Origin: a virus
IMG/VR virus record: IMGVR_UViG_3300006147_000025
Length of the DNA: 50,668 nt
Direction: 5' to 3' (one strand)
The notes under the pieces were generated by a model. That model was not told the DNA's origin, searched no databases, and saw nothing but the letters and a program-made list of their open reading frames with translations. Both the position numbers and the translations under genes were made by a program. Within the stretch, counting starts at the first letter, position 1, and the number at the start of each line of letters is the position of its first letter. Below are positions 8,320 through 18,600 of this stretch, one piece after another.

Positions 8320-8826
8320 ATGTCTACAATTACCTTAGGCCTTTCCAAAATTCTCGGAAAGGAAGGCGAACCCGCAATGGGCGACTTCGACGAAACGGGC
8401 TATACCCGTTACGGCCTGACCTACCAAGACACAGCGAAGATGACACAGGAAGACGGCGAGGAAACGGAGTTTTACTCCGAGGAAAACGACGACCCGGAAG
8501 AGATTATAACCAAAGCCGGGAAAACTACGTTTGCCTTTTCCATTATGAACCCCGACCTCGCCTGTCTTAAACGTCTTTTCGGCGGCGAAATTGCGGCAGA
8601 CATTTACGCCTACCCCGACGCTACCGCCGACGTTGAAGAATCGCTTATCATCGTTCCGCGCAAGGGCTTGAAGTTTCAAGTTCCCCGCGCCAAGATTAAG
8701 GCGAAGTTCAACGGCGAATTTTCCAAGAAAGGCCTCCTTCTTCTTGAAGTTACCGCCACCGTGCAGAAGCCCCATACCGACGGGCTTAAAAAGTTGTACG
8801 TTACCGTCATCAAGAAGACGACCTAA
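8320..8826 (+). CDS. Major tail protein (168 aa)
   Basis: Position upstream of the chaperone pair and tape measure. Followed by a 10-bp GC hairpin. Confidence 0.55.
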   Translation: MSTITLGLSKILGKEGEPAMGDFDETGYTRYGLTYQDTAKMTQEDGEETEFYSEENDDPEEIITKAGKTTFAFSIMNPDLACLKRLFGGEIAADIYAYPDATADVEESLIIVPRKGLKFQVPRAKIKAKFNGEFSKKGLLLLEVTATVQKPHTDGLKKLYVTVIKKTT

Positions 8827-8857
8827 CCGAGCAGCCCCGCACATTTACACCAAACCC

Positions 8858-8890
8858 GGAAGGCCCCGCTACATTGTTCCGGGGCCTTCC
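8858..8890 (+). terminator. Hairpin ggaaggcccc-N13-ggggccttcc after the major tail gene (attenuator-like)
   Basis: Perfect 10-bp stem read from the sequence. Confidence 0.45.
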
Positions 8891-8904
8891 CAATTATTAA
8901 GACC

Positions 8905-9480
8905 ATGCCGCAGAACGAAAAATTAGAAGCGTTGAACCGTGAGCAAGCGGAACTGCGCAAGATGATAGGCGAAGGGGTGGACTTCGATATAGAGGTAACA
9001 CACTACCGCCGTAAGCCGGGCTTTTGGGGCTTTTTCCGTCGCCGGGAGAAGATAACCGAAACGAAGGTTTACAAGATTAAAGAACCGACGTTAGCCACCT
9101 TAGACCGTCTTAGCCTTCTTTGGCTTCAAATGGAGATAGACGAAACCAAGTTAGGCGACGACGATTATTTACGCACCGCCCGCGCTTTGGCAAGCAAGGA
9201 AGCCGCAAAACTTGCCGAAGTGGTAGCCGTCGCCGTATTGGGCGAAGACTACTATATAGCCACCTACGACGGAACGACCTACCGCCGGAAGGAAGACAAG
9301 AAAGCCCTGCGCGACCTTACCCGGCTTTTCTTCCATACCCTTAAACCTTCCGAACTTCTTACTTTGGCAATTATAGTAACCAACGTAAGCAATTTAGGGG
9401 ATTTTGTAAACTCTATGCGGTTGATGAGCGCAGCGCGAACAAGCGACCCGGAAGCGACACGTATAGAGCAACAGGGTTAA
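8905..9480 (+). CDS. Tail assembly chaperone (gpG-position, 191 aa)
   Basis: Lies between the major tail protein and the tape measure. Confidence 0.5.
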   Translation: MPQNEKLEALNREQAELRKMIGEGVDFDIEVTHYRRKPGFWGFFRRREKITETKVYKIKEPTLATLDRLSLLWLQMEIDETKLGDDDYLRTARALASKEAAKLAEVVAVAVLGEDYYIATYDGTTYRRKEDKKALRDLTRLFFHTLKPSELLTLAIIVTNVSNLGDFVNSMRLMSAARTSDPEATRIEQQG

Positions 9481-9530
9481 AAAGTCCACAGGGCCGCCGG
9501 GGTTCCGTCTGCGCACACTTCGGCTGGACG

Positions 9531-9719
9531 TTGGACTACTTGCTACACGGTATTTCGTGGGGCGAGGTACTACGAATGATGATAGACGCGCCCGGCATAG
9601 ACGATAAAGGCAAGGGAAGCACCACCCCCGGAAAGTCCGGCGGCGACGACACCGAAATAGCCCTTACAGACGACAACGCCGAGCAACTTATGAACCTTAT
9701 AAACAGCAGAAACCGATGA
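9531..9719 (+). CDS. Second chaperone reading frame (gpT-position), possibly expressed as a -1 frameshift extension
   Basis: Its frame is -1 relative to 8905-9480 and stays open from 9345. It has no ATG. Its stop overlaps the tape-measure ATG as ATGA. Confidence 0.35.
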   Translation: MDYLLHGISWGEVLRMMIDAPGIDDKGKGSTTPGKSGGDDTEIALTDDNAEQLMNLINSRNR

Positions 9720-12700
9720 ATATACAAGGCGGCGGGCTGTCGTTTGATATTTCCGGCACCAACAAGCAGCTAATTAGCGTTCTTAACGAGAGTAAGAAGG
9801 CTATACAGGAGTTCCAAGGCGCGGCCGTCTTAGGCGGTAAGCAGATGGACGGAGCCTTTACACGCGCCGCCCAAGCCATAGACAAAGCCTTTGCACAAAT
9901 AGACGTGGTAGTAGACACCAATAAGGCGGCTATTGCCGAATTGGAAGCCGAATACAAGCGGCTCGGCGTGGAAGCGTCTAAGGCCCTTTCGGCAGGGCAT
10001 AAGGAAGAAGCCGCAGCACTTCAAACCAAACAAGCCCAACTCCGCGAAGAAATAACCCTACGCCAAACCGTCATAAACGAAGCCGGAAAGCAAGCCGACG
10101 CACTTCTACGCGAGGAACAGCAGTTAAGGAAGGCAGAGGAAGCCGCCCGTAATAATGCCAACGCCCAAACTTCGTTAAGGACGCAGCTCCGCAACGTCCG
10201 GGAGCAGTTAGGACAAATGGAAGAAGCCGGACTGCGCGGAACGGAAACCTTCCGAAAGTTGCAACAGGAAGCCGGGCGACTTGCCAACGCCATAGGCGGC
10301 GCACAGACCCAAGCCCGAATATTTAGCCACGATAACGCCGGACTTCAAGGAATGATAGCCGGACTTAGTGGCGTAGCCGGAGCGTTCAGCACGGCACAAG
10401 GCGCGGTAGCCCTTTTCGCCGGAGAGAACGAAAACCTTCAAAAAATAATGCTGAAGGTGCAGGCCCTTATGTCAATAACAATGGGTTTGCAGCAGGTAGC
10501 CAACGCCTTAAACAAGGATAGCGCGTTTATGCTTGTAACCGTCGCCAAGGCGAAGGAAATGTTAGCCGCTGCCAACTTGAAGTTAGCCGGGGCGTTGGGT
10601 ATTTCCACCGTCGCCGCCCAAGCACTTATGGCGACACTTACCCTCGGACTTTCCGCAGCCATTACAGGAATTATTTACATTATTTCCAAGTTGAACAGCA
10701 AACAGGCCGAAGCGAAGAAAGCCGCCGACGAGTTCAACAAGAAGGTAGCAGAAGCCGCCGGGAAACCGATAGCCGCTTACCGGGCCTTACAAGCGGAATG
10801 GATCCAACTAACCGACAACTTAAAAGACCGCGAAAAGTGGGTACAGGATAACGCCGACAAGTTCAACGACCTCGGCTATAAAGTCCGAAACGCCAAGGAA
10901 GCCGAAGACCTTCTTATTAAAAATTCCGCTAAATTCGTTGAAGCGTGTATTTTGAAGGCGAAGGCATTGGCCGCGCAGAACCTCGCCGCCGAGAAGTACC
11001 AAGAAATTATTAAGAAACAAGCCGAAATAGACGCTATGCCGGACACGGTTAGCCAATTCGTGCAGACGAGTAGCGGACAATACGGCGGCGTTACAGGATA
11101 TTATATCGAAGTGGCTAATAGTGCCAAGGCACGGGCTAAACAGGAGTTAACCGAGATGCAGGATGCCGCCAAAACCTTAATAGAACAACAAACCCAATTT
11201 ACGGCACAGGAACAGGCAATATTAGCGCAGATAGGCAACCAAGCCGGGCAAGTGGTAGAAGGAAGCGTAGCGACCGCCGAAAAGGAACTACAACGCCTTC
11301 GCGGGCTTTATAACGACGCGGCTACCGACGCGGAACGCTCCAAACTCGCCCGGCAGATAGCCGCCCAACAAAAAGAAGTAGATAGGTTGAGCCTTAAAAC
11401 TTCTTCCGGCGGTAGCGGTGGAAGTGGCGGTAATGGTAACAATAAAGACCCCTTCGCCGAGCAGTTGGCACAGCGAAAGACGCTTTATGAAAAATATTTG
11501 AAGCGGATAACAAGCAGCGACGAAACCGTAAGGAACGCCGCCGCTTCCGAGTTCGCGCCCTTATTGAAGGAAGGCAGCAGTTATCTGCAATATTTGGAGA
11601 ACCAATGCGCCGCCATTGAAGCCAAGACAGCCAAAACCGCTACCGACTTAAAGAACCTTACAACCCTTAACAACGAGATAGCCAACGCCACCCGCGAATC
11701 GGTTATTTCAGCCTTCGACACGCAACTACAACAGGAGTTAGCCCAGTGCAAGACCATTAGCGAGATGTTGGCGACCATTGAACGCCGACGTTCCGAGTTG
11801 GCCGGGGATAATTCCGACGTGGATAACGCCAAGGCGGAAATCCTTAACACCGCCGAAGCAGACACACGCCAACAGGCGAAGGAAGAAACGAAGGCTTTGT
11901 TACAGGAATATGCGGGCTACCTTCAAGAGAAGATAGACTTTGAAGAAAGTTACGCCCGGAAGAAGGAACTTTTAAGCCGTCAAGCGGCAGAATCCGCCAC
12001 GGACGCAGAACGCCAAGTAGCCGAAGCCGCATTAGCCGCGCTTGAAAAGAAGCGCGAGGAATACTCCAAACGAAGCGGTAGCGAACAATACGACGCACTT
12101 TTAGAAGAATATAAGACCTACCAAGAACAGGAAACCGCGATACTTGAAAAGTACGCCGCCCAACGTGCATTAGCCGAGCAACAGGGCAACGCTTCCATGA
12201 TAGCGCAGATTAACGCCAAGCAACAAAGCGAACTTTCCAAATTGGCGGCGCAGCGTCTTATGGCTTCCGAAAGTTGGGGGCAGTTGTTTAGCGACATTTC
12301 TCGGCTCAGTACGACCACGATTAACCGACTTTTGAACGACATCAACAGCCGGAAAATTAACCTTTCGGCAGAGTTCAACCCCGCCGACCTTAAAGCCATT
12401 AACGACCAACTACAAAAGGCGAAGAACGAGTTAGCCACCCGTAACCCGTTCCTGGCCCTTCGCCAAAGTCTAAGCGAGCTTCGCGCCGCTATGAAAGCGG
12501 AAAAGTTATTAGACAGCGACGACCCCTTTGTAAAGTCGTTGGAAGAAAAGAAGAAGCAATACGCCGACTATACCGACGCGATAAACAGCAGCGGCACCAC
12601 ATTAGCCGGAGCCGCGAAGGAAGCCTACGCCGACCTATTGGCGGAAGGTAGTAGTTACGTCGATATGCTCCGCAAGAAAATAGCCACCCTTAACGGACTT

Positions 12701-13942
12701 AAAATTAAGGGCGAACTTACCATAGAAGGACAGGAACAGCTCGATATATTGAACGCCGCCCTTAACAAAGAAACAGGGGTAGCAAAGAGCGTCGGCGCGG
12801 GCTTTAAGGAAGCCTTCGGCGACCTCGGCAGTAGCCTAACCTTCCTTTCGTCGTGCTTCGGAAGCGTGACAAACGGCATAAAGAAGATGGGTATAAGCAT
12901 GGACGAGGAAACGGAAGCCATATTAGGCGACATAGGCGGAATGTTGGACGGGGCCTCCCAAATTGCCACAGGCATAGCCACCGCCAACCCGTTAAGCATT
13001 ATTCAAGGATCCATAGGCTTTTTGTCGTCAGCCTTCGACCTATTCAACAGCCGCGACCGCAAGGCCGAAAAGTCCATTAAGAAGCACGAAGAAGCCGTTA
13101 CCCGGTTGGGACGTGCCTATACAGCATTGGAACACGCCGTAGACAAAGCCCTCGGCGAAACCGTCTACCAAAACCAAAGTGCGTTAATTCAGAACCTACG
13201 GCAGCAGCAGAACGAAATACAAGGAATGATTAACGACGAAATCTCCAAGAAGAAAACCGATTGGGGACGCGTCGAGGAGTTCCAAGAACGCTACGCCGAA
13301 GCCGGGCGACAGATTGAGGACATCATCGCCGAAATCACGAAAAGCATCACCCAAACTTCCGCCGGGGACTTAGCCAACGAATTAAAGGACGCACTTATAG
13401 AAGCCTTCGAGAGCGGAGAGGACGCTGCAAAGGTATTCGGCGACGTAGCCGACAACGTGCTTAAAAACGCTGTTTCCAACGCCCTAAAACTTCAATTTTT
13501 GGAGAAGCCATTGCAGAACGCAATTAAGCAGCTTCAAAAAGATATGGGCTTCGACGCAGAAGGAAACGGCAGTTTCGACGGACTAACCCAAGCCGAACAA
13601 GACCGCTTTAAGGCAGCGGTAGCCGCAGCCGGGCAGAACTTCAAGGCGGCGATGGATATGTATAAAGACCTATTCGCCGAATTGGAAGACGAAAGCGACC
13701 CGACAAGCCTAAGCGGTGCAATAAAGGGGGCAAGCCAAGAGAGTATAGACCTATTGGCAGGCCAGACCAACGCCGTAAGGCAGAACCAAGTTATAGCCAT
13801 TGAAATTTTTAGGCAGCAGCTTATCCACCTTTCAAGCATGGATAACCGATTAGGGAACATAGCCGGAAGCCTTATATCCATACTTAACCGTTTGGGAATA
13901 GACGACGGCGACGACCTACGAAGCCAAGGAATAACCGACTAA
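9716..13942 (+). CDS. Tape measure protein (1408 aa)
   Basis: Length, extensive coiled-coil sequence, hydrophobic segments near the N terminus and conserved position. Confidence 0.85.
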   Translation: MNIQGGGLSFDISGTNKQLISVLNESKKAIQEFQGAAVLGGKQMDGAFTRAAQAIDKAFAQIDVVVDTNKAAIAELEAEYKRLGVEASKALSAGHKEEAAALQTKQAQLREEITLRQTVINEAGKQADALLREEQQLRKAEEAARNNANAQTSLRTQLRNVREQLGQMEEAGLRGTETFRKLQQEAGRLANAIGGAQTQARIFSHDNAGLQGMIAGLSGVAGAFSTAQGAVALFAGENENLQKIMLKVQALMSITMGLQQVANALNKDSAFMLVTVAKAKEMLAAANLKLAGALGISTVAAQALMATLTLGLSAAITGIIYIISKLNSKQAEAKKAADEFNKKVAEAAGKPIAAYRALQAEWIQLTDNLKDREKWVQDNADKFNDLGYKVRNAKEAEDLLIKNSAKFVEACILKAKALAAQNLAAEKYQEIIKKQAEIDAMPDTVSQFVQTSSGQYGGVTGYYIEVANSAKARAKQELTEMQDAAKTLIEQQTQFTAQEQAILAQIGNQAGQVVEGSVATAEKELQRLRGLYNDAATDAERSKLARQIAAQQKEVDRLSLKTSSGGSGGSGGNGNNKDPFAEQLAQRKTLYEKYLKRITSSDETVRNAAASEFAPLLKEGSSYLQYLENQCAAIEAKTAKTATDLKNLTTLNNEIANATRESVISAFDTQLQQELAQCKTISEMLATIERRRSELAGDNSDVDNAKAEILNTAEADTRQQAKEETKALLQEYAGYLQEKIDFEESYARKKELLSRQAAESATDAERQVAEAALAALEKKREEYSKRSGSEQYDALLEEYKTYQEQETAILEKYAAQRALAEQQGNASMIAQINAKQQSELSKLAAQRLMASESWGQLFSDISRLSTTTINRLLNDINSRKINLSAEFNPADLKAINDQLQKAKNELATRNPFLALRQSLSELRAAMKAEKLLDSDDPFVKSLEEKKKQYADYTDAINSSGTTLAGAAKEAYADLLAEGSSYVDMLRKKIATLNGLKIKGELTIEGQEQLDILNAALNKETGVAKSVGAGFKEAFGDLGSSLTFLSSCFGSVTNGIKKMGISMDEETEAILGDIGGMLDGASQIATGIATANPLSIIQGSIGFLSSAFDLFNSRDRKAEKSIKKHEEAVTRLGRAYTALEHAVDKALGETVYQNQSALIQNLRQQQNEIQGMINDEISKKKTDWGRVEEFQERYAEAGRQIEDIIAEITKSITQTSAGDLANELKDALIEAFESGEDAAKVFGDVADNVLKNAVSNALKLQFLEKPLQNAIKQLQKDMGFDAEGNGSFDGLTQAEQDRFKAAVAAAGQNFKAAMDMYKDLFAELEDESDPTSLSGAIKGASQESIDLLAGQTNAVRQNQVIAIEIFRQQLIHLSSMDNRLGNIAGSLISILNRLGIDDGDDLRSQGITD

Positions 13943-13954
13943 CACAACAGCAAA

Positions 13955-14464
13955 ATGCAACTACAAGAACTTAAACAACGATTAGCAGCCGAAGCGAAGG
14001 CGGCGGGTATTTGTTCGGAGTGGTATGACTTCATATTAAAGGCTTCTTCCAAAGAACGCCTTATAACCCTTTTCGTCAAGGGTCAGGACTTCTGCTCCGA
14101 AAATAACTACCCTTCGCCGGAACTTCGCGCCGAGTTCGCCGACATACGCGCCCGCTTCGGTGTGTTTTGCACCGACGACCTAATAGCGGCGAAAAGTCCA
14201 AGAAGTGTTATAGCCTTCGACAACGCCGCCGGGACGGTGGAATACGGTAACTTTGATGCCGGCCAAGTGTGGGCGCGTGACAACAGCGAGATAACCATCA
14301 CGGCAAGAAATAACGCCTTTGTCGTCGTCAGCATAGACGGCGCGGCAAAGGTCAACGTAACAGCAAGCGACAACGCACGGGTAAGCGTCATCCTTCACGG
14401 CGGAGAGTGCCAAACCCAGGCCACGGAGCAAGCGAGAATAAAAACAACCGATAAACGCAAGTAA
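13955..14464 (+). CDS. Hypothetical tail-module protein (169 aa)
   Basis: ATG ORF between the tape measure and the Dit-like gene. Confidence 0.5.
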   Translation: MQLQELKQRLAAEAKAAGICSEWYDFILKASSKERLITLFVKGQDFCSENNYPSPELRAEFADIRARFGVFCTDDLIAAKSPRSVIAFDNAAGTVEYGNFDAGQVWARDNSEITITARNNAFVVVSIDGAAKVNVTASDNARVSVILHGGECQTQATEQARIKTTDKRK

Positions 14465-14465
14465 C

Positions 14466-15683
14466 ATGGCATTAGAGCAAAACCTTATACTTAACCTTCC
14501 CTTCGACGAAGTGGACGGTTCAACCGTAGCCTATGACTTCGCCGCCAACCGCCACGACGCGGAAATAGTGGGCTGTCCCTTTGTCGTAGGCAAACAGGGC
14601 AACTGCCTACGCTTCCCCGGCGAAGGCTACGCCGAAGTTCCGGCTAACGTCATACCCTTAACCGGGAACTTCACTATTTTAGCGTGGGTCAAGGCGAACA
14701 AATACGCCGACGGAGTTACAGGAAAGCGAATCGGGCTTTTTTGTAATACCGCGCTATTGGAGGGAAGCCGCGAAATTTGGATAGACGTAAACCCCGATAG
14801 TTGGGGCTTCCTTACCATAAAGAAGGCCGGGAACACCGTAACCCTTTACTTAGACACGCAGCGCGTTAGCAGTGTTACGCTACCCGCCGCGCTTACAGGA
14901 ATAGCCATTATTCAAGATGTCTATGGAACGGAATACGGCTATGCCGATTTAGACGAAGTGAAGGTTTACAACGTAGCCCTATCCGACGACGATATAGCCG
15001 GAAGCCTTAACAGCGTTTCGCAACTTGAATACTACCTTAACGGCGTAAACTTCCGCGAAATGGGTATAAGGGTAGAGAGTTCCAACGGCGTAACCGACCT
15101 TCCGAAGTTGAAGCAGGCCGCCTCGGTTGATTGGCCCGACTACCACGGCAAAGTAGTAGACCTCGCAAACAAGCGTTACGAGGAACGCGAAATAACGCTT
15201 AATTGTTGGTTGAAGGCTTCGGGTAAAATTGACTTCGTGGAGAGGGTAAACCGACTTTTCGATATTCTACGCGAGGACGGGACGGCGCGGCTTATGATAA
15301 GCATCCACCCGACGAAGCCACTACTTTACGAAGTCTACGCCCCGGACGGCATAGCCTTTAACAAGCGTTGGCACGACGACAAGATGATAGGCACTTTCAG
15401 CCTAAAATTAAAAGAACCCGACCCCGTGAAACGTGTAGTTCGCCACCAACGAATAAACGACGCAAGCCGCGAAGTACGCATCGCCCTCAAGACCGACAAA
15501 GTTGTTAACGTCTATTGGGGCGACGGCACCGTAACCAAAGACGTTTACGGCGACTTCACAGGCGCGAAGGCGTTGAAGCATACCTACGCCGAAAACGGCG
15601 TTTACTACGTCGTAATTGCCGGGGTTATTGAGGAAATAACCGACTTTTCCACCAACGGCATCATCGTATGGAACAGATTATAA
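14466..15683 (+). CDS. Distal tail protein (Dit-like) with an N-terminal LamG/concanavalin-like lectin domain (405 aa)
   Basis: The N-terminal approximately 180 aa (LNLPFDE..GNCLRFPGEGYAEV..LAWVKAN..LYLD) resembles LamG. The C-terminal half resembles siphovirus tail (Dit) proteins. Confidence 0.55.
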   Translation: MALEQNLILNLPFDEVDGSTVAYDFAANRHDAEIVGCPFVVGKQGNCLRFPGEGYAEVPANVIPLTGNFTILAWVKANKYADGVTGKRIGLFCNTALLEGSREIWIDVNPDSWGFLTIKKAGNTVTLYLDTQRVSSVTLPAALTGIAIIQDVYGTEYGYADLDEVKVYNVALSDDDIAGSLNSVSQLEYYLNGVNFREMGIRVESSNGVTDLPKLKQAASVDWPDYHGKVVDLANKRYEEREITLNCWLKASGKIDFVERVNRLFDILREDGTARLMISIHPTKPLLYEVYAPDGIAFNKRWHDDKMIGTFSLKLKEPDPVKRVVRHQRINDASREVRIALKTDKVVNVYWGDGTVTKDVYGDFTGAKALKHTYAENGVYYVVIAGVIEEITDFSTNGIIVWNRL

Positions 15684-18600
15684 TTACCCATTCCGACGGA
15701 AGCGAAACCCCGCTTTTCAGCCGTAAGAACGTCAGCGGAATCAGTAAGGCGACCCAAAAAACCGCCTTACTTTCCGACGACGTTGTTACCGTTACCGTTT
15801 CGTCAGCCGTACCCCTTCCCGTCGATATTGGCGACCGCATAAAAGTCTACGGGCGTACCTATACGGCTAACCAATTACCCGAACCGGGTAAGAACGGACT
15901 ACGCCGCTACGAATACGACATAACCTTTGAGGGGTTGCAGTACGGACTTATAGACGCGCAATATAAGTTACCGCCGGACGCTTACGGCGATACCTATTAC
16001 AGCGACCTATATGGGCATTTGCGCGTATTGGTGTGGAACGCCAACCGCGTACAGCCTAATAAGTGGCGTTTAGGGAGCTGCCCGGCGGAAGGGACGACCG
16101 ACTACAAGAACCTAACCACGTCGAGCCGTAACTGCCTACAAGTGCTTCAAGACATTTGTAGCGAATGGAACGTAGAATTTGAGATAACACCCGGCAACGG
16201 CTTCAACACGATTAACATCAAGGAGAAGGCGGGCGTTACCCACGCCTTTACGCTTCGTTACGGACGTGGCAAAGGCTTGTATAGCCTTAAACGTACCAAC
16301 GTGAACAACGCCGGACTAACTACCCGCCTTTTCGTTTACGGCGGACAGGATAACCTCGGACAAAACTACGGCCATACCCGGCTATGCCTTCCCAACACCG
16401 ACCGCCTTACTTCCTTCTTAGAGGACGCGAAGGCAATAGCCCAATACGGCGTAAAGGAAAACGAAAAAGTTTACGACATCAAGCCGGAGCGCGTCGGCGA
16501 GGTTACAGCGATAGGCCCGGACGAAATAACCTTTTCCGACACCACCGCCGGGGATAACGCTATGTTCGACTTGAACGCCAAGAAGCCGGACGGAAGTACC
16601 CGTTATCTATTGGACGGAGTGGCAGCAAAAATCAAGTTCCAAACCGGGCAGTTAGCGGGCTACGAATTTGATGTACACAAGTACGACCACGCTACCCGTA
16701 CCTTCATACTTAACCGCTTCACGGACGAAAACGGTATGGTATTCCCTTCCGCCACGTCCGGCGCGTTCCAAATTTCCAAGGGCGACAAGTATATAATTAC
16801 CGAGATACAACTGCCCGAAAGTTATATTACCGCCGCCGAAAACAAGTTAGCGGAAGCCGCAAAGAAGGACTTCCCGGCTATGACACAGCCCCAAGTAAGT
16901 TATAAACTTACCCTTTCCGAAGACTTCCTTATAAAGACCTTCGGGCAAGAGGTGGAAGCCGAAATTTTCCACGTTGGCGACTACATTAACGTCGAGGACG
17001 AAGAATTAGGCATTAACAAGGCTGTCCGCATAGTAAGGATAGAACGTAACCTATTGAAGCGGCATACCTACGAACTAACCCTGAGCGACACCGTTACGAA
17101 GTCTACTACCGTCCGCGTATTGAACGAGATAGAAGACATTAACGACGTGATAAACATCAACAAGTTAGCCGACCCCACAAGGGCGCGGCGACGTTGGATG
17201 GCTACGCAAGAGTTGTTAAACATGGTATTCGACCCGGAAGGCGACTATTACAGCGAGAAAATAAAGCCCCTTTCCATTGAAACGCAGATGTTAAGCGTTG
17301 GCGCGAAGTCTACGCAGTTCACGCTGTTAAACGCAACCTTCCAACCGAACTACAACAAGGATCCAAACGCGCTATACATTTCCGGCGGACGGTTGGCCCA
17401 TTACGCCATAGAAGAAAATATTAGGCAGTGGGTACTGACTACGGCGACCTATACCAACCTTAAACCCGCGACAGCCTATTATATTTACGCCCGTTGTTCC
17501 ACAACAGCGGGGAACGGTACTATTATCCTTTCCGAAAGTGCCATAACCGTAGAACAGGAAGCCGGGTATTATAACTTCCTCGTCGGAGTGCTTAACAGCG
17601 TCGTAACCGACGCGGGCGGCAAGAACCCCGGCCGATTGGTAAGCCTTACTTACGGCAGTTCCACAATAAACGGGCGTTTCCTTCGTACCGGGCGAATTGA
17701 GAGCAGCGGCGGCGGTAAGTGCTACTTCGATTTGGATAACGACGAAATAGGCGGCGTTATTCGCTTCGTAGGCAGCGACGGCAACTATTACGACATTGCC
17801 GACGTACAGGAAAAGACCGACGAACTGAAGGACTATATAAACAACACCCTTCCGGGGGTATTGGGCGAACTTCAAGCGCAGTTAGACGGCGTGATAGAAC
17901 AATGGTTTTATCAGTCCGACCCGTCGGACACCACCGAACCTACAAAGGATTGGATAGCCGCCGGAACAAAGGAGCAAGACAACCACCTCGGCGACCTATA
18001 CTATAACACGGAAACGGGCAAGGTTTGGCGATACATCAAAACTACCGAAGCAAGCGGCACCGGGAAGCCCCGCGATGTTTACAAGTGGCAAGAACTTGAA
18101 GACACGGAATTAGCCCAAGCGTTAGCGTTGGCACAGGACGCACTCGACGCAGCCAACGACAAGGCTAAAATATTCGTATCTACCCCTTACACGCCTTACC
18201 ACGTTGGCGACCTTTGGGTACAAGGCAACACGGGCGACATCCTACGATGCAAACGTGAGCGACTAACCGGGGCTTATAATTCCGGCGATTGGGAGAAGGC
18301 GAGCAAGTACACCGACGACAGCGGGCTAACGAACTTCATAAATAATAATTTTCTTCCAACCGTCAGCGATATAAACGACCAAATAGACGGAAAGATAGAG
18401 AGCTGGTTCCAGACAACCGACCCGGCTACGGCGTGGACGACAACAGCGGAGAAGTTAAAGCACGTTGGCGACTATTGGTATAATACCTCTACCAAGGAAT
18501 TAAAGTATTATAGGCGTATTGCCGTTTCAACAAGTACAAGCCTCGGCACGGTATATGTCTATTCGTGGGCGAAAATAGAAGACCAAAAGGCAATAGACGC

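Noticed and set aside
8335-8844. Long antisense ORFs opposite well-supported genes (for example 8335-8844, 17372-17875, 35337-35885, 36087-36575, 38888-39544, 5985-6371)
   Set aside because: Each lies entirely within a plus-strand gene that has recognisable motifs or syntenic position. Their compositions are typical of antisense frames in GC-balanced DNA.
9345-9480. Canonical X XXY YYZ slippery heptamer for the chaperone frameshift
   Set aside because: I read through the overlap codon by codon and found none, so no specific frameshift site is claimed.
11395-11445. Gly/Ser/Asn low-complexity stretch (SSGGSGGSGGNGNN) in the tape measure as a separate feature
   Set aside because: It is an ordinary flexible linker within a tape measure protein, with no nucleotide-level repeat beyond the codon bias for Gly.
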